From Candidatus Woesebacteria bacterium UBA1430 (GTDB lineage: Bacteria; Patescibacteriota; Microgenomatia; UBA8517): a DNA stretch of 45,634 nucleotides. The notes beneath the pieces are model-generated. The model worked only from the letters and a program-made list of their open reading frames with translations, did no database searches and was not told the DNA's origin. Both the position numbers and the translations under genes were made by a program. Below, piece by piece: positions 38,269 through 45,634 of the stretch (position 1 is its first letter; each line of letters begins with the position of its first letter). The stretch lies in contig DCTW01000009.1 in NCBI GenBank assembly GCA_002329465.1, positions 2,543-48,176 of the forward strand. Reading direction: 5' to 3'.

Positions 38269-38298
38269 GTTTTTATTTTACTATTAAGTTGTTGTGAA

Positions 38299-38949
38299 TT
38301 AAAGAATTTTTAGGATATCTACTCCCAAGAATCTAAGGAGAAATACCGAAAAAACAAGCATTATAAGGCCTGCAACGGCCGAGAGGAGTATTTCGTTTCC
38401 GAGCTTGTATTTTCTCGGATCGCCCTGGGAGGTCATTATCAGAAGCCCTGCATAAATACTCAAAAGGAGGAAAATGCCTCCTGCTATTCCAAGAGACCAA
38501 ACAAGAGATTGAGAAACGAATCTATCTATATCCGAGATTGATATGCAGCCTATGGCTGTGTTTATTTCGTTATTTTGACAGTGGAGGGATTCGTCCGGTT
38601 GAGTTGGCGGTGATGTTGAGGATGGGTTTGTTGGGCTGGGACTAAGCTGTGGAGGATTATAAGGATCTTCCAAACAGGCAAAGGGAATTCCGTCTGGATT
38701 TGCAGATGAGTGATCGAAGCATTCATCGAAACTTAGCCCTTGGCAGCCGTTTCCTGGTGTATAGTGCTCGCCACATGTGTCTTGAATAAAGGCTTGAGGA
38801 TCTATTGCACATGCGTTGTCGTTTGGAAGCCAGGTACAAAAATAAGTGGCCGGAGGTTGTTGTGCAAATATGATGGACGTCACAATCGGCGATATTAATA
38901 AGATTGCAGTATGGATGGCAATGAGCAGTTTGATTTTTTTTTGGTTCAT
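38299..38949 (-). CDS. Pilin with one Cys-rich N-terminal module (paralog 3)
   Basis: Signal peptide, 6-Cys module, P/S/T linker, EINTAIGCI, then AGLLIMTSQGDPRKYKLGNEILLSAVAG. Confidence 0.8.
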   Translation of the reverse strand: MNQKKIKLLIAIHTAILLISPIVTSIIFAQQPPATYFCTWLPNDNACAIDPQAFIQDTCGEHYTPGNGCQGLSFDECFDHSSANPDGIPFACLEDPYNPPQLSPSPTNPSSTSPPTQPDESLHCQNNEINTAIGCISISDIDRFVSQSLVWSLGIAGGIFLLLSIYAGLLIMTSQGDPRKYKLGNEILLSAVAGLIMLVFSVFLLRFLGVDILKIL

Positions 38950-39362
38950 TAATTGAATCCAGGTAACTTAAGAATTTCGACTCCAAAGAGTCTTAGGATA
39001 AAAACCGAAAAGATTAAAAGTACAATTCCTCCGATAGCCGCAGTGAGAAGCTCTTTTCCCGCACCTATTTTTTCAGGATTTCCTGAAGAGGTCATTATTT
39101 GGATGCCTGCATAGACAATTAGGGATATTGCTATTGCTCCTGCAATTCCGATAAACCATCTAAGAAGGAATTCGAGCAGGGCTTCCTCGTTGTTAATTGG
39201 TATGCACCCTATTGCCGTATTTATTCCTGTTCCACCTTGGCATTTTAGGTTTTCTTTAACGGTAAATTCCAGTTCGGGGTCGGGAAGAGCGGCGAAAACC
39301 CTATTGCTGTTTACAAAAAAAAGTAGATTGAAAAATATAAAAGCAAGAAAAATTTTTTTCAT
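38949..39362 (-). CDS. Pilin with GINTAIGC loop (paralog 2)
   Basis: Signal peptide, CQGGTGINTAIGCI, AGIQIMTSSGNPEKIGAGKELLTAAIGG. Confidence 0.82.
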   Translation of the reverse strand: MKKIFLAFIFFNLLFFVNSNRVFAALPDPELEFTVKENLKCQGGTGINTAIGCIPINNEEALLEFLLRWFIGIAGAIAISLIVYAGIQIMTSSGNPEKIGAGKELLTAAIGGIVLLIFSVFILRLFGVEILKLPGFN

Positions 39363-39366
39363 GGCT

Positions 39367-40098
39367 TTAAAAATCGGGTAGATTTAGTATATCAGTTCCG
39401 AGTGTTCTTAAAAGAAAGGCTGATATTATGATAAAAACGATCCCCATAACGGCTGAAAATATTACTTCTTTTCCCAGGGCTACTTTGTTTCTGTCTCCTT
39501 GCGACGACATAATCAAAAATCCTCCGTAGATAATTAAGATAATTCCTGTACCCCCTAAAATTCCTCCAGTCCATGTTAAAAGAAAAATAAGATTTTCGTT
39601 TTTATTTGAGATTGAGATGCATCCGATTGCTGAGTTTATTCCCTCCGTACCCTCGTTTGTGATACAAATTAGCTTTTCTTTTGCGCGGATAATGGGTTTT
39701 GTTTTAAGAACGCAAGATTGTGGGCTTACGTTTAAGCACTCATCTTTGTTTAAGCCTTCGCACGCATTGCTTGGAGTGTAGCCGTAGACACAAGTATTTG
39801 TGGGTCTGCAGCCTAGGGTGTCAGTATAAACACATGTGTGGCGATTTTGATCGGGTTCGATTTGGTTGCATGCCCACTTTGCGTCTAGGCACTCTTCTTT
39901 GTTTAGAATGTTGTCACAAGCATTTCCTGCATAAAAGCCTTCTTCGCAGGTAACTTGATGTTCGCTTATTATGCACGAGCCGACGCCATTTTTTTCCTCC
40001 CACGCACATTCATAAGCGTTTTGGGCGTTGATTTGTTTGGGTGATTGAAGTGAAATGAATGTTGTTAATAAAAACAGAAAAGACAATTTGAACCTCAT
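39367..40098 (-). CDS. Pilin with two Cys-rich N-terminal modules (paralog 1)
   Basis: Signal peptide, two 6-Cys repeats, GINSAIGCI, GGFLIMSSQGDRNKVALGKEVIFSAVMG. Confidence 0.8.
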   Translation of the reverse strand: MRFKLSFLFLLTTFISLQSPKQINAQNAYECAWEEKNGVGSCIISEHQVTCEEGFYAGNACDNILNKEECLDAKWACNQIEPDQNRHTCVYTDTLGCRPTNTCVYGYTPSNACEGLNKDECLNVSPQSCVLKTKPIIRAKEKLICITNEGTEGINSAIGCISISNKNENLIFLLTWTGGILGGTGIILIIYGGFLIMSSQGDRNKVALGKEVIFSAVMGIVFIIISAFLLRTLGTDILNLPDF

Positions 40099-40160
40099 GG
40101 CTAAATTTTATCATGAAATTGCCTGGTATAATTATTAGAAAAGTAATTAGTAATTAGAAT
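40099..40160. promoter_or_regulatory. Divergent extended -10 promoters (pilin array / SpoIID-like gene)
   Basis: Minus strand TGA-TAAAAT (40113-40105), 6 nt before the ATG; plus strand TGG-TATAAT (40124-40132). Confidence 0.65.
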
Positions 40161-41864
40161 ATGAAACAAGTATTTAGTATTTATTTGGTATTTAGCATAT
40201 TTTCGTTTTTTTTGTTTTTCGTTGTGCCATGGAGGAGCGTGGCTGAGCCTGATTGTAATAACCCTACTTATGGTGATATCGACTATTGTTTATCTAAAAT
40301 TCAGGGTGAGATTGATGCTTTAACTCCGGCGCATGAGAATAATAAAAAAGAGCTATCTGATTTGAATAGCCAACTAACCAATTTGAAGAACCAGATTGCC
40401 GGGGTTTCAAACCAGCTTGATCGGGTGGGGGTTGAGATAAGGCAGAGGGAAGAAGATTTGGCTTATGCCAGGGAGGTTTTTAATGTAAAAACTAATAATC
40501 ACTACCGATTTTTGAGAACTTATGATCCGCTTTTGCCGTTTTTTTCTTCTGAGAGTGCTTCGAATGCTTTTCGTGAGATAGTTTTGAGACAGAAGGCTGC
40601 TGATCAGGATAGGCTGACCATGGAGGAGCTTGCGGATAATCTTTTAAAGTTAAAGACGGATAAAGATGCTTTGGAGAAAAATAAGGCAAGCCTTGCTTCT
40701 GTCCAGGCGCAAGTTGACGGAAGGGCAAAGTTTTTGGGGGCGGAGGTTGAAAAGGTTGAAAATTATCTGACAACGCTATCTTCCAAGCAGCAAAGCCTTA
40801 TAGCTTTGAAGGAGGCGGGTTTTCAGACGTCTATAGGGGATACGCCGCCGACTCTTGAGCCTTGCAGTGGACCGCCTGGATCAAGCAATTTTTGTGATCC
40901 CGGGTTTAGGCCTGCTTTTGGCGGGTTTTCTTTTGGAGCGCCACACAGAACGGGTATGAGCCAGTACGGGGCTTACGGCAGGGCAAAATCGGGACAGAGC
41001 GCTGAGACGATTCTTTCCGCTTATTATCAAGGAGCAAGTTTGAATAAGGGGTATTCCATACCTTCTACTATAAATGTTTCGGGTTATGGAACGATACCTT
41101 TTGAAGATAATTACTTGCTTGGGATTTATGAAGTACCTGAGAGCTGGGGGAATAACGGCGGATACGAGGCTTTGAAGGCTCAAGCTGTGGCTGCTAGGAC
41201 ATATGCTTTGGCTGTGACAAATAACGGTGCCGGCAGCATATGTGCGACAGAATCCTGCCAGGTGTATAAACCACAGCTTAAAAGCGGGAAGTGGGCACAG
41301 GCCGTTCGGGATACTCGTGGTTGGGTGCTTATTAAGGACGGCGGTCCAGCAAAAACTTATTATGCTTCGACTTCCGGCGGGTTTACCATAAGCCAGTGGG
41401 GTTGGAGCGGTATTAAAGATACGTCGGGCAATTGGCCTGACGGCGCTTATGAAAAAATTGCCGGCAGTCCGTGGTTTTATAAGGGTTGGTATAAAAGCCG
41501 AAGCGGTGCTTCATGCGGAAGGAGCAATCCCTGGCTGACGAGTGTTGAGATGGCGGACATTATTAATGCATGGCACGTATTGTATAGAGGCGGCGGGGAT
41601 GTAACACGCGTTTCTCCAATTGATACGGGCTGCTGGGGCGGAAATCCTTATTCCGTGTCTGAGCTTTCCTCGATTGGCGGATATACGAGTGTAAGCGGTG
41701 CAAGCGTTGTTTATTCGAATGAGGGTTATACGGCTTCTATTTCTTTTAGTACAAACAAGGGAACGATAAATATTGACGGAGCAGAGCTTAAAAGAGCGTT
41801 TAACCTTAGGGCTCCGGGATATATCGGTCTTAAGAGCAGCCTTTTTAATATTGAAAAGCTTTAA
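40161..41864 (+). CDS. SpoIID/LytB-domain lytic transglycosylase-like protein with N-terminal coiled coil
   Basis: Signal/TM, long heptad coiled coil, HRTGMSQYGA, YLLGIYEVP, EALKAQAVAARTYA, CQVY. Confidence 0.87.
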   Translation: MKQVFSIYLVFSIFSFFLFFVVPWRSVAEPDCNNPTYGDIDYCLSKIQGEIDALTPAHENNKKELSDLNSQLTNLKNQIAGVSNQLDRVGVEIRQREEDLAYAREVFNVKTNNHYRFLRTYDPLLPFFSSESASNAFREIVLRQKAADQDRLTMEELADNLLKLKTDKDALEKNKASLASVQAQVDGRAKFLGAEVEKVENYLTTLSSKQQSLIALKEAGFQTSIGDTPPTLEPCSGPPGSSNFCDPGFRPAFGGFSFGAPHRTGMSQYGAYGRAKSGQSAETILSAYYQGASLNKGYSIPSTINVSGYGTIPFEDNYLLGIYEVPESWGNNGGYEALKAQAVAARTYALAVTNNGAGSICATESCQVYKPQLKSGKWAQAVRDTRGWVLIKDGGPAKTYYASTSGGFTISQWGWSGIKDTSGNWPDGAYEKIAGSPWFYKGWYKSRSGASCGRSNPWLTSVEMADIINAWHVLYRGGGDVTRVSPIDTGCWGGNPYSVSELSSIGGYTSVSGASVVYSNEGYTASISFSTNKGTINIDGAELKRAFNLRAPGYIGLKSSLFNIEKL

Positions 41865-41902
41865 AAATTTTATGGGTTTAGCGTGGTATAATCATGCTAG
41901 AT

Positions 41903-42565
41903 ATGGTGGATATTTTTGTTTCGGGAAAGACGAATTTAAAAAAAAAGAAGAAAGAGCAAAAGGTTGGGACTCGCGGCAAGGCGAAACACAAAATTTATAA
42001 GAATACCCATAATCCGATAGCTGCGTTTAATTATTACCCTGACCATGTGAAGTTTATAGCGGCTGATTCGAAGGAAAGAATAATTCTTGTTTTAAGACGA
42101 CATCCTATTACGAATATTAGATGGGGCGTTGTTGCGCTTTTTATGCTTCTTGCACCCTTTTTTTTAAGCTTTGTGGAGCCTGTTGCGGCGCTTCCAACGA
42201 ATTTTCAACTTATTGCCTTTTTGATTTGGTATATGATTACTCTGGCTTTTATTATTGAAGAGTTTTTGGGGTGGTACTTTAACGTTAATATTATTACTGA
42301 CGAGCGCATATTTGATGTTGATTTTGTTAATCTTATTTATAGAGAAATAACGGATGCAAATATTGACCAGATTCAAGACGTAACCGTACAGGTTGGGGGT
42401 GTACTTCGAACAATGTTTAATTATGGCGATGTTGTTATACAAACTGCGTCAGAGGTGCCAAGAATCGAGTTTTTGGCGGTTCCCAGGCCGGATGATATTG
42501 CCCGTATAATTAGGGAGCTTAGAATAGAGGAAGAACAAGAAAAGCTTGAAGGGAGAGCAAGATGA
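41903..42565 (+). CDS. Bacterial PH-domain (bPH_2-like) membrane protein
   Basis: LRRHPI, two TMs, IITDERIFD, IQDVT, FNYGDVVIQTA. ATG 41903 preferred because ATG 41894 lies 1 nt after TATAAT. Confidence 0.8.
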   Translation: MVDIFVSGKTNLKKKKKEQKVGTRGKAKHKIYKNTHNPIAAFNYYPDHVKFIAADSKERIILVLRRHPITNIRWGVVALFMLLAPFFLSFVEPVAALPTNFQLIAFLIWYMITLAFIIEEFLGWYFNVNIITDERIFDVDFVNLIYREITDANIDQIQDVTVQVGGVLRTMFNYGDVVIQTASEVPRIEFLAVPRPDDIARIIRELRIEEEQEKLEGRAR

Positions 42566-42807
42566 TTGATGTTGATTTTGGAAATATTGACTTTTCTGGA
42601 CTTGATCCTACTTTTTGGATGGCGGCAAAAGTAATGGTTATAATCGGGCTTTTGGTTTATTTGGTTTTTGCCGGTGTGATTATAAGGCAGACAAAGTATA
42701 TGACGGATACTTTGGAAATAGGGTTTGAAGGGGTGATAAAAGTTTTTGCGTGGCTTCATATGCTATTTGCTTTGGGTACTTTTGTTGCGGCTTTCGTTAT
42801 ACTGTAA
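42562..42807 (+). CDS. Small two-TM membrane protein (DUF5657-like)
   Basis: YLVFAGVIIRQTKYMTDTL pattern; family name recalled from memory, not verified. Confidence 0.55.
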   Translation: MIDVDFGNIDFSGLDPTFWMAAKVMVIIGLLVYLVFAGVIIRQTKYMTDTLEIGFEGVIKVFAWLHMLFALGTFVAAFVIL

Positions 42808-42825
42808 GTAGGTGCGGGCCGAACT

Positions 42826-44706
42826 ATGGATTTAAAGCTGGCTTCAGTTAAGGTTGTGGGCAATCCGGATGAGCGGGGTTGGACGCAGATTTATGAGTAT
42901 GTCCCCGAGGGCGATGATTTTGGGGTGCGGGGTAGGCTTTATGTTCTTCTTGGAGGGAAAAGTCACCAAGATAATAATTCTTCGCAGCTAACGACCGGAA
43001 AGGAAATTTTTTCCAAGATTCAAAAATATTTTTATTCAAACAGCAAAAATGAAGAGGAGGGTGTGTTTTCTTCTTTAAAGCAGGCTGTGGAGAGAGTAAG
43101 CGATGAGTATTTACAAAAGAGGGCAGAGCTTGATGTATGTGTTTTTTTTGTGGTCGGGGATTTGGTTTATTTGACTGTTTGCGGGGAGTGTAGTTTTTAT
43201 CTGTGCAGAAGGGGTGTAATGATACCAATAGTTAAGAATGAGGCGGGTATTAAAACCGCATCGGGAAGATTGCTTTCAGGGGACAGGATTTTTGTGTGTA
43301 CTAATGTGTTTTGTAGAGAATTTGGCGAGGGGATGATAAAAGCAGCTCTTGAGAATAGGGATTTGAATTATTTTGTTGAGACTTTTGCTCCTCTTGTTCA
43401 CGAAAAATCTACTTCTTACGGAATGGGGGCTTTGGTTGTAAAAATTGGCGAAGAAAATGATGCTGAAAAGCCTGGGTCTGAGATAAAAGCGATAAAATCA
43501 AGTGGAAGATTTCGAAATAGAATTATTCGACTGATTGATAAATTAATTTCAAGGATTTCCGAAAGGAAAATATCGGTAACTTCTGACACTTTGGATTATG
43601 AGACTAAAAGCAAAAGGAAGAACGCGCCGTTGGTGGGAGTGATTTTGCTTTTTCTTTTGGCTGTGAGTATTGTTTTTGGTGTAAAGCAAAGACAAGAGCG
43701 GATTTATCGGGAAAATTATGAGGCGCGTCTTGATCAGGCGATCCATGAATATCAGGAGGCGGAGAGCCTTTTTGAAATTGATAGAAACAGGGCCCGCGAG
43801 CTTGTGATGAATTCAAGAAAGTTGAGCAATGCATTAAAAGATGAGGGGGTGGAGGATGATAGGCTTGAAAAGCTTATTTCGGATATAAATGGAAATATAG
43901 GAAGGATAGCGGGAATTTATGAACAAGAGGCTGGGCTTTTTCTTGATTTAACTCTTGTTTCAAGCGGTTATTATGGCGATCTTCTTAAGATGTCGGGTGG
44001 ACGGATGATTGTGTTGGATACAAAAGGAAAAAGGCTTGTGGGTGTAGATTTGGCGACCAAGCGTACAGAAGTTATTGCAGGACCGGATTATTTATCTGAC
44101 GCAATTGATGTGACTAATTACACAGAGAGGAGTTTTGTGTTGTCTTCAGATGGGATCCGCGAAGTGGGTGATGAGGTGGAGCTGATAATTAAGCCGGATG
44201 AGTGGGATCCTCGAGGTGTTTTGATCGGAGCTTTTGGAGGAAATATGTATGTTTTGGATAAACAAGCGAGTACTATTTGGCGTTACCCTGGTGTACGGCT
44301 TGGATTTTCCGAAAAGCAGGAATGGCTTGTTTCGGGAGCGGGTGAGAACTTACTAAATGGAGCGACTTCTTGGGCGATTGACGGATCGATATGGATTTTG
44401 ACTAATGACGGCAGGGTGAGAAAGTACTCTTTAGGTTCGCCGCAGAATTTTTCTTTGGAGTTTTCGGAATCCGAGGAGGTGGTGTTTGACAGTTTGTTTA
44501 CTTCTGAGGAGCTTGATTATTTATATTTGCTTGATAGAGAAAGCAGGAGAGTGTTTGTTTTTGATAAGTCGGGAAAGTATTTTGGAGAGTATTTGAGCCA
44601 AAAGCTTGGTGATTCGAATTATTTTGTTGTTTCAGAGGAGGAGAGAAAGATGGTGTTTTTGGCAGACAGCAAGCTTTGGGAGATTGAAATAAGACACGTT
44701 AACTAG
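42826..44706 (+). CDS. Membrane protein: degenerate PP2C-like N-terminal domain, TM, C-terminal beta-propeller
   Basis: RGRLYVLL, SGRLLSGDRIFVCT; TM near residue 270; repeats such as MYVLDK..IWRY, IDGSIWIL and LYLLDRESRRVFVFDKSG. Confidence 0.6.
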   Translation: MDLKLASVKVVGNPDERGWTQIYEYVPEGDDFGVRGRLYVLLGGKSHQDNNSSQLTTGKEIFSKIQKYFYSNSKNEEEGVFSSLKQAVERVSDEYLQKRAELDVCVFFVVGDLVYLTVCGECSFYLCRRGVMIPIVKNEAGIKTASGRLLSGDRIFVCTNVFCREFGEGMIKAALENRDLNYFVETFAPLVHEKSTSYGMGALVVKIGEENDAEKPGSEIKAIKSSGRFRNRIIRLIDKLISRISERKISVTSDTLDYETKSKRKNAPLVGVILLFLLAVSIVFGVKQRQERIYRENYEARLDQAIHEYQEAESLFEIDRNRARELVMNSRKLSNALKDEGVEDDRLEKLISDINGNIGRIAGIYEQEAGLFLDLTLVSSGYYGDLLKMSGGRMIVLDTKGKRLVGVDLATKRTEVIAGPDYLSDAIDVTNYTERSFVLSSDGIREVGDEVELIIKPDEWDPRGVLIGAFGGNMYVLDKQASTIWRYPGVRLGFSEKQEWLVSGAGENLLNGATSWAIDGSIWILTNDGRVRKYSLGSPQNFSLEFSESEEVVFDSLFTSEELDYLYLLDRESRRVFVFDKSGKYFGEYLSQKLGDSNYFVVSEEERKMVFLADSKLWEIEIRHVN

Positions 44707-44727
44707 AGAGTATAAAGAGTGTGGGTT

Positions 44728-45115
44728 TGGTGGAGACGGAGGGAGTCGAACCCTCGTCCGTGAAACTACTATAAAAAACATCTACAAGTTTAGCCGGATT
44801 TGAAAAGTTTTTTCTACGCCTTACCAACCGGCGGGATGGCGTAGAATAAGGCCTATTTTCTTTGCTTATTGAAATTTGGCCAAATTTCAAAGCGCATCTA
44901 GGCTATATTATGCCCAAAGGTTAGGCCCAGAAGCTAATTCCTTTAGACACCTGCATTACGCGAAGGCGTAATTGCCAGCGTAAGCCGGAGTGCTTTGTTT
45001 ATCTGCACTTTTTATTTTAATCCTTTTTGCCCCGATAGTTTCGGGTACGAGTGTGGATCAAACTCGACTTGCAGTTTTTTAAAGTACATTTCCGTCAAAT
45101 CCTTGTATCGTCCCC
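44728..45115 (-). ncRNA. ssrA: tmRNA (one-piece)
   Basis: 5' GGGGACGATACAAGGATTTGACGG; 3' GGTTCGACTCCCTCCGTCTCCACCA. Acceptor stem with G3:U; tag ORF at 45006-44956 reads ADKQSTPAYAGNYAFA*. Confidence 0.96.
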
Positions 45116-45116
45116 T

Positions 45117-45530
45117 TTAGCCTTTTAGTTCCCTTTCGATATCCCTTTGAATATCTCTTTTTTTAAGAGACTCGCGTTTTTCGAACTTTCTTTTTGTTTT
45201 TCCCAAGCCTAGTTCGAGCTTGATTAAAGGCCCCTTAGTATACATTTTTAGGGGTATTAGAGTCAAATTGCGAGACTTTATTTTGGTTTTAAGGGAGATT
45301 ATTTCTTTTTTATTAAGGAGCAGTTTTTTTGATTTTGATTGGGGATTTTTGGTGGTTATTGCTGCGTTAATTAGAAATACTTCGTTGTTTATGATTTTTG
45401 CAAAGGATAGATCAAGATTTACTTTGTTTGCACGCGCGGCCTTTACTTCTTCTCCGGTAAGCACGATACCTGCCGTTATGGTTTCTAGAATTTTATAGTT
45501 TCTTTTTGCGCGCTTATTGAAAATATGCAT
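45117..45530 (-). CDS. smpB: SsrA-binding protein SmpB
   Basis: NKRAKRNY, AGIVLTGEEVK, KLLLNKKEI, LTLIPLKMY, KLELGLGK. Confidence 0.96.
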   Translation of the reverse strand: MHIFNKRAKRNYKILETITAGIVLTGEEVKAARANKVNLDLSFAKIINNEVFLINAAITTKNPQSKSKKLLLNKKEIISLKTKIKSRNLTLIPLKMYTKGPLIKLELGLGKTKRKFEKRESLKKRDIQRDIERELKG

Positions 45531-45574
45531 TTTGTGTTAGAGTAAAATTAAACTTATTTATATTGTACCTTAAG

Positions 45575-45634
45575 ATGGGAATAATTGATTTTGTTTTTCC
45601 CAAAAAATGTTTGGATTGCGGCGTTTCAGGATTA
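45575..45634 (+). CDS. ComF-family protein, N-terminus only (runs off the window)
   Basis: MGIIDFVFPKKCLDCG matches the D.hFP..C..C zinc-ribbon start of ComF; only 20 codons are visible. Confidence 0.6.
   Translation, partial: MGIIDFVFPKKCLDCGVSGL

Noticed and set aside
38540-39645. DNA repeats at the IN[TS]AIGC motifs as DGR template/variable repeats or recombination cassettes
   Set aside because: Similarity is at protein level with synonymous differences, not adenine-specific, and no reverse transcriptase or recombinase is in the window.
20164-40098. Integrative conjugative element or integrated plasmid
   Set aside because: No integrase, relaxase, coupling protein, tRNA target or flanking direct repeats seen; promoter style matches the housekeeping genes.
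34170-40098. Type IV (PilA-like) pilins
   Set aside because: No class III G|FTLxE signal; the two-TM hairpin with a central G[DN] loop fits VirB2/TrbC-like pilins instead.
40133-40200. Short AGTAATT/GTATTTA repeats near the SpoIID-like start
   Set aside because: Low-complexity AT-rich sequence, partly coding for a hydrophobic signal; no clear periodic structure.
44699-44890. 63-aa ORF from the track
   Set aside because: Lies almost entirely within the tmRNA gene; spurious.
21-45498. Numerous antisense or overlapping 60-225 aa ORFs in the track (e.g. 354-962, 4943-5620, 25757-26257)
   Set aside because: Shadows of well-supported genes on the opposite strand or another frame, with no recognisable motifs.
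1-45634. Alternative genetic code (UGA=Gly) as in Gracilibacteria/Absconditabacteria
   Set aside because: Conserved genes (dnaA, tsaD, groES) end at TGA at expected lengths and are uninterrupted in code 11.
1-45634. CRISPR array, tRNA/rRNA genes, IS elements or prophage
   Set aside because: No regularly spaced repeats, transposase or phage genes seen; the only tRNA-like arm belongs to tmRNA.

Overview
A chromosomal window from a low-GC bacterium using the standard genetic code. Gene content and style (VirB4/PrgI plus a VirB2-like pilin array, a DUF4012 protein, a truncated ValRS, very short intergenic gaps) suggest Patescibacteria/CPR, probably Microgenomates; this is an inference. The left half holds housekeeping genes: groEL-groES with a CIRCE operator, tsaD, valS, rplY, rnhA, and rpmH-rnpA-yidD-yidC-jag. 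These are followed by dnaA, a clear oriC (DnaA boxes, DnaA-trios, AT-rich tract) and dnaN. Immediately after dnaN lies a ~20 kb minus-strand type IV secretion-like surface-apparatus locus with no relaxase, integrase or coupling protein. It encodes ten VirB2/TrbC-like pilin paralogs in two structural classes, an embedded GT-C glycosyltransferase, a 1177-aa Cys-rich exported protein with a lysozyme-like C-terminus, and VirB6-, PrgI- and VirB4-like proteins. It also encodes an M23/phosphodiester-glycosidase fusion and contains an opposite-strand 740-aa orphan. A circularly permuted SpoIID-like enzyme is transcribed divergently from the locus. The window ends with tmRNA, smpB and the start of a ComF-like gene. 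All product calls come from motif recognition by eye; no database search was run.
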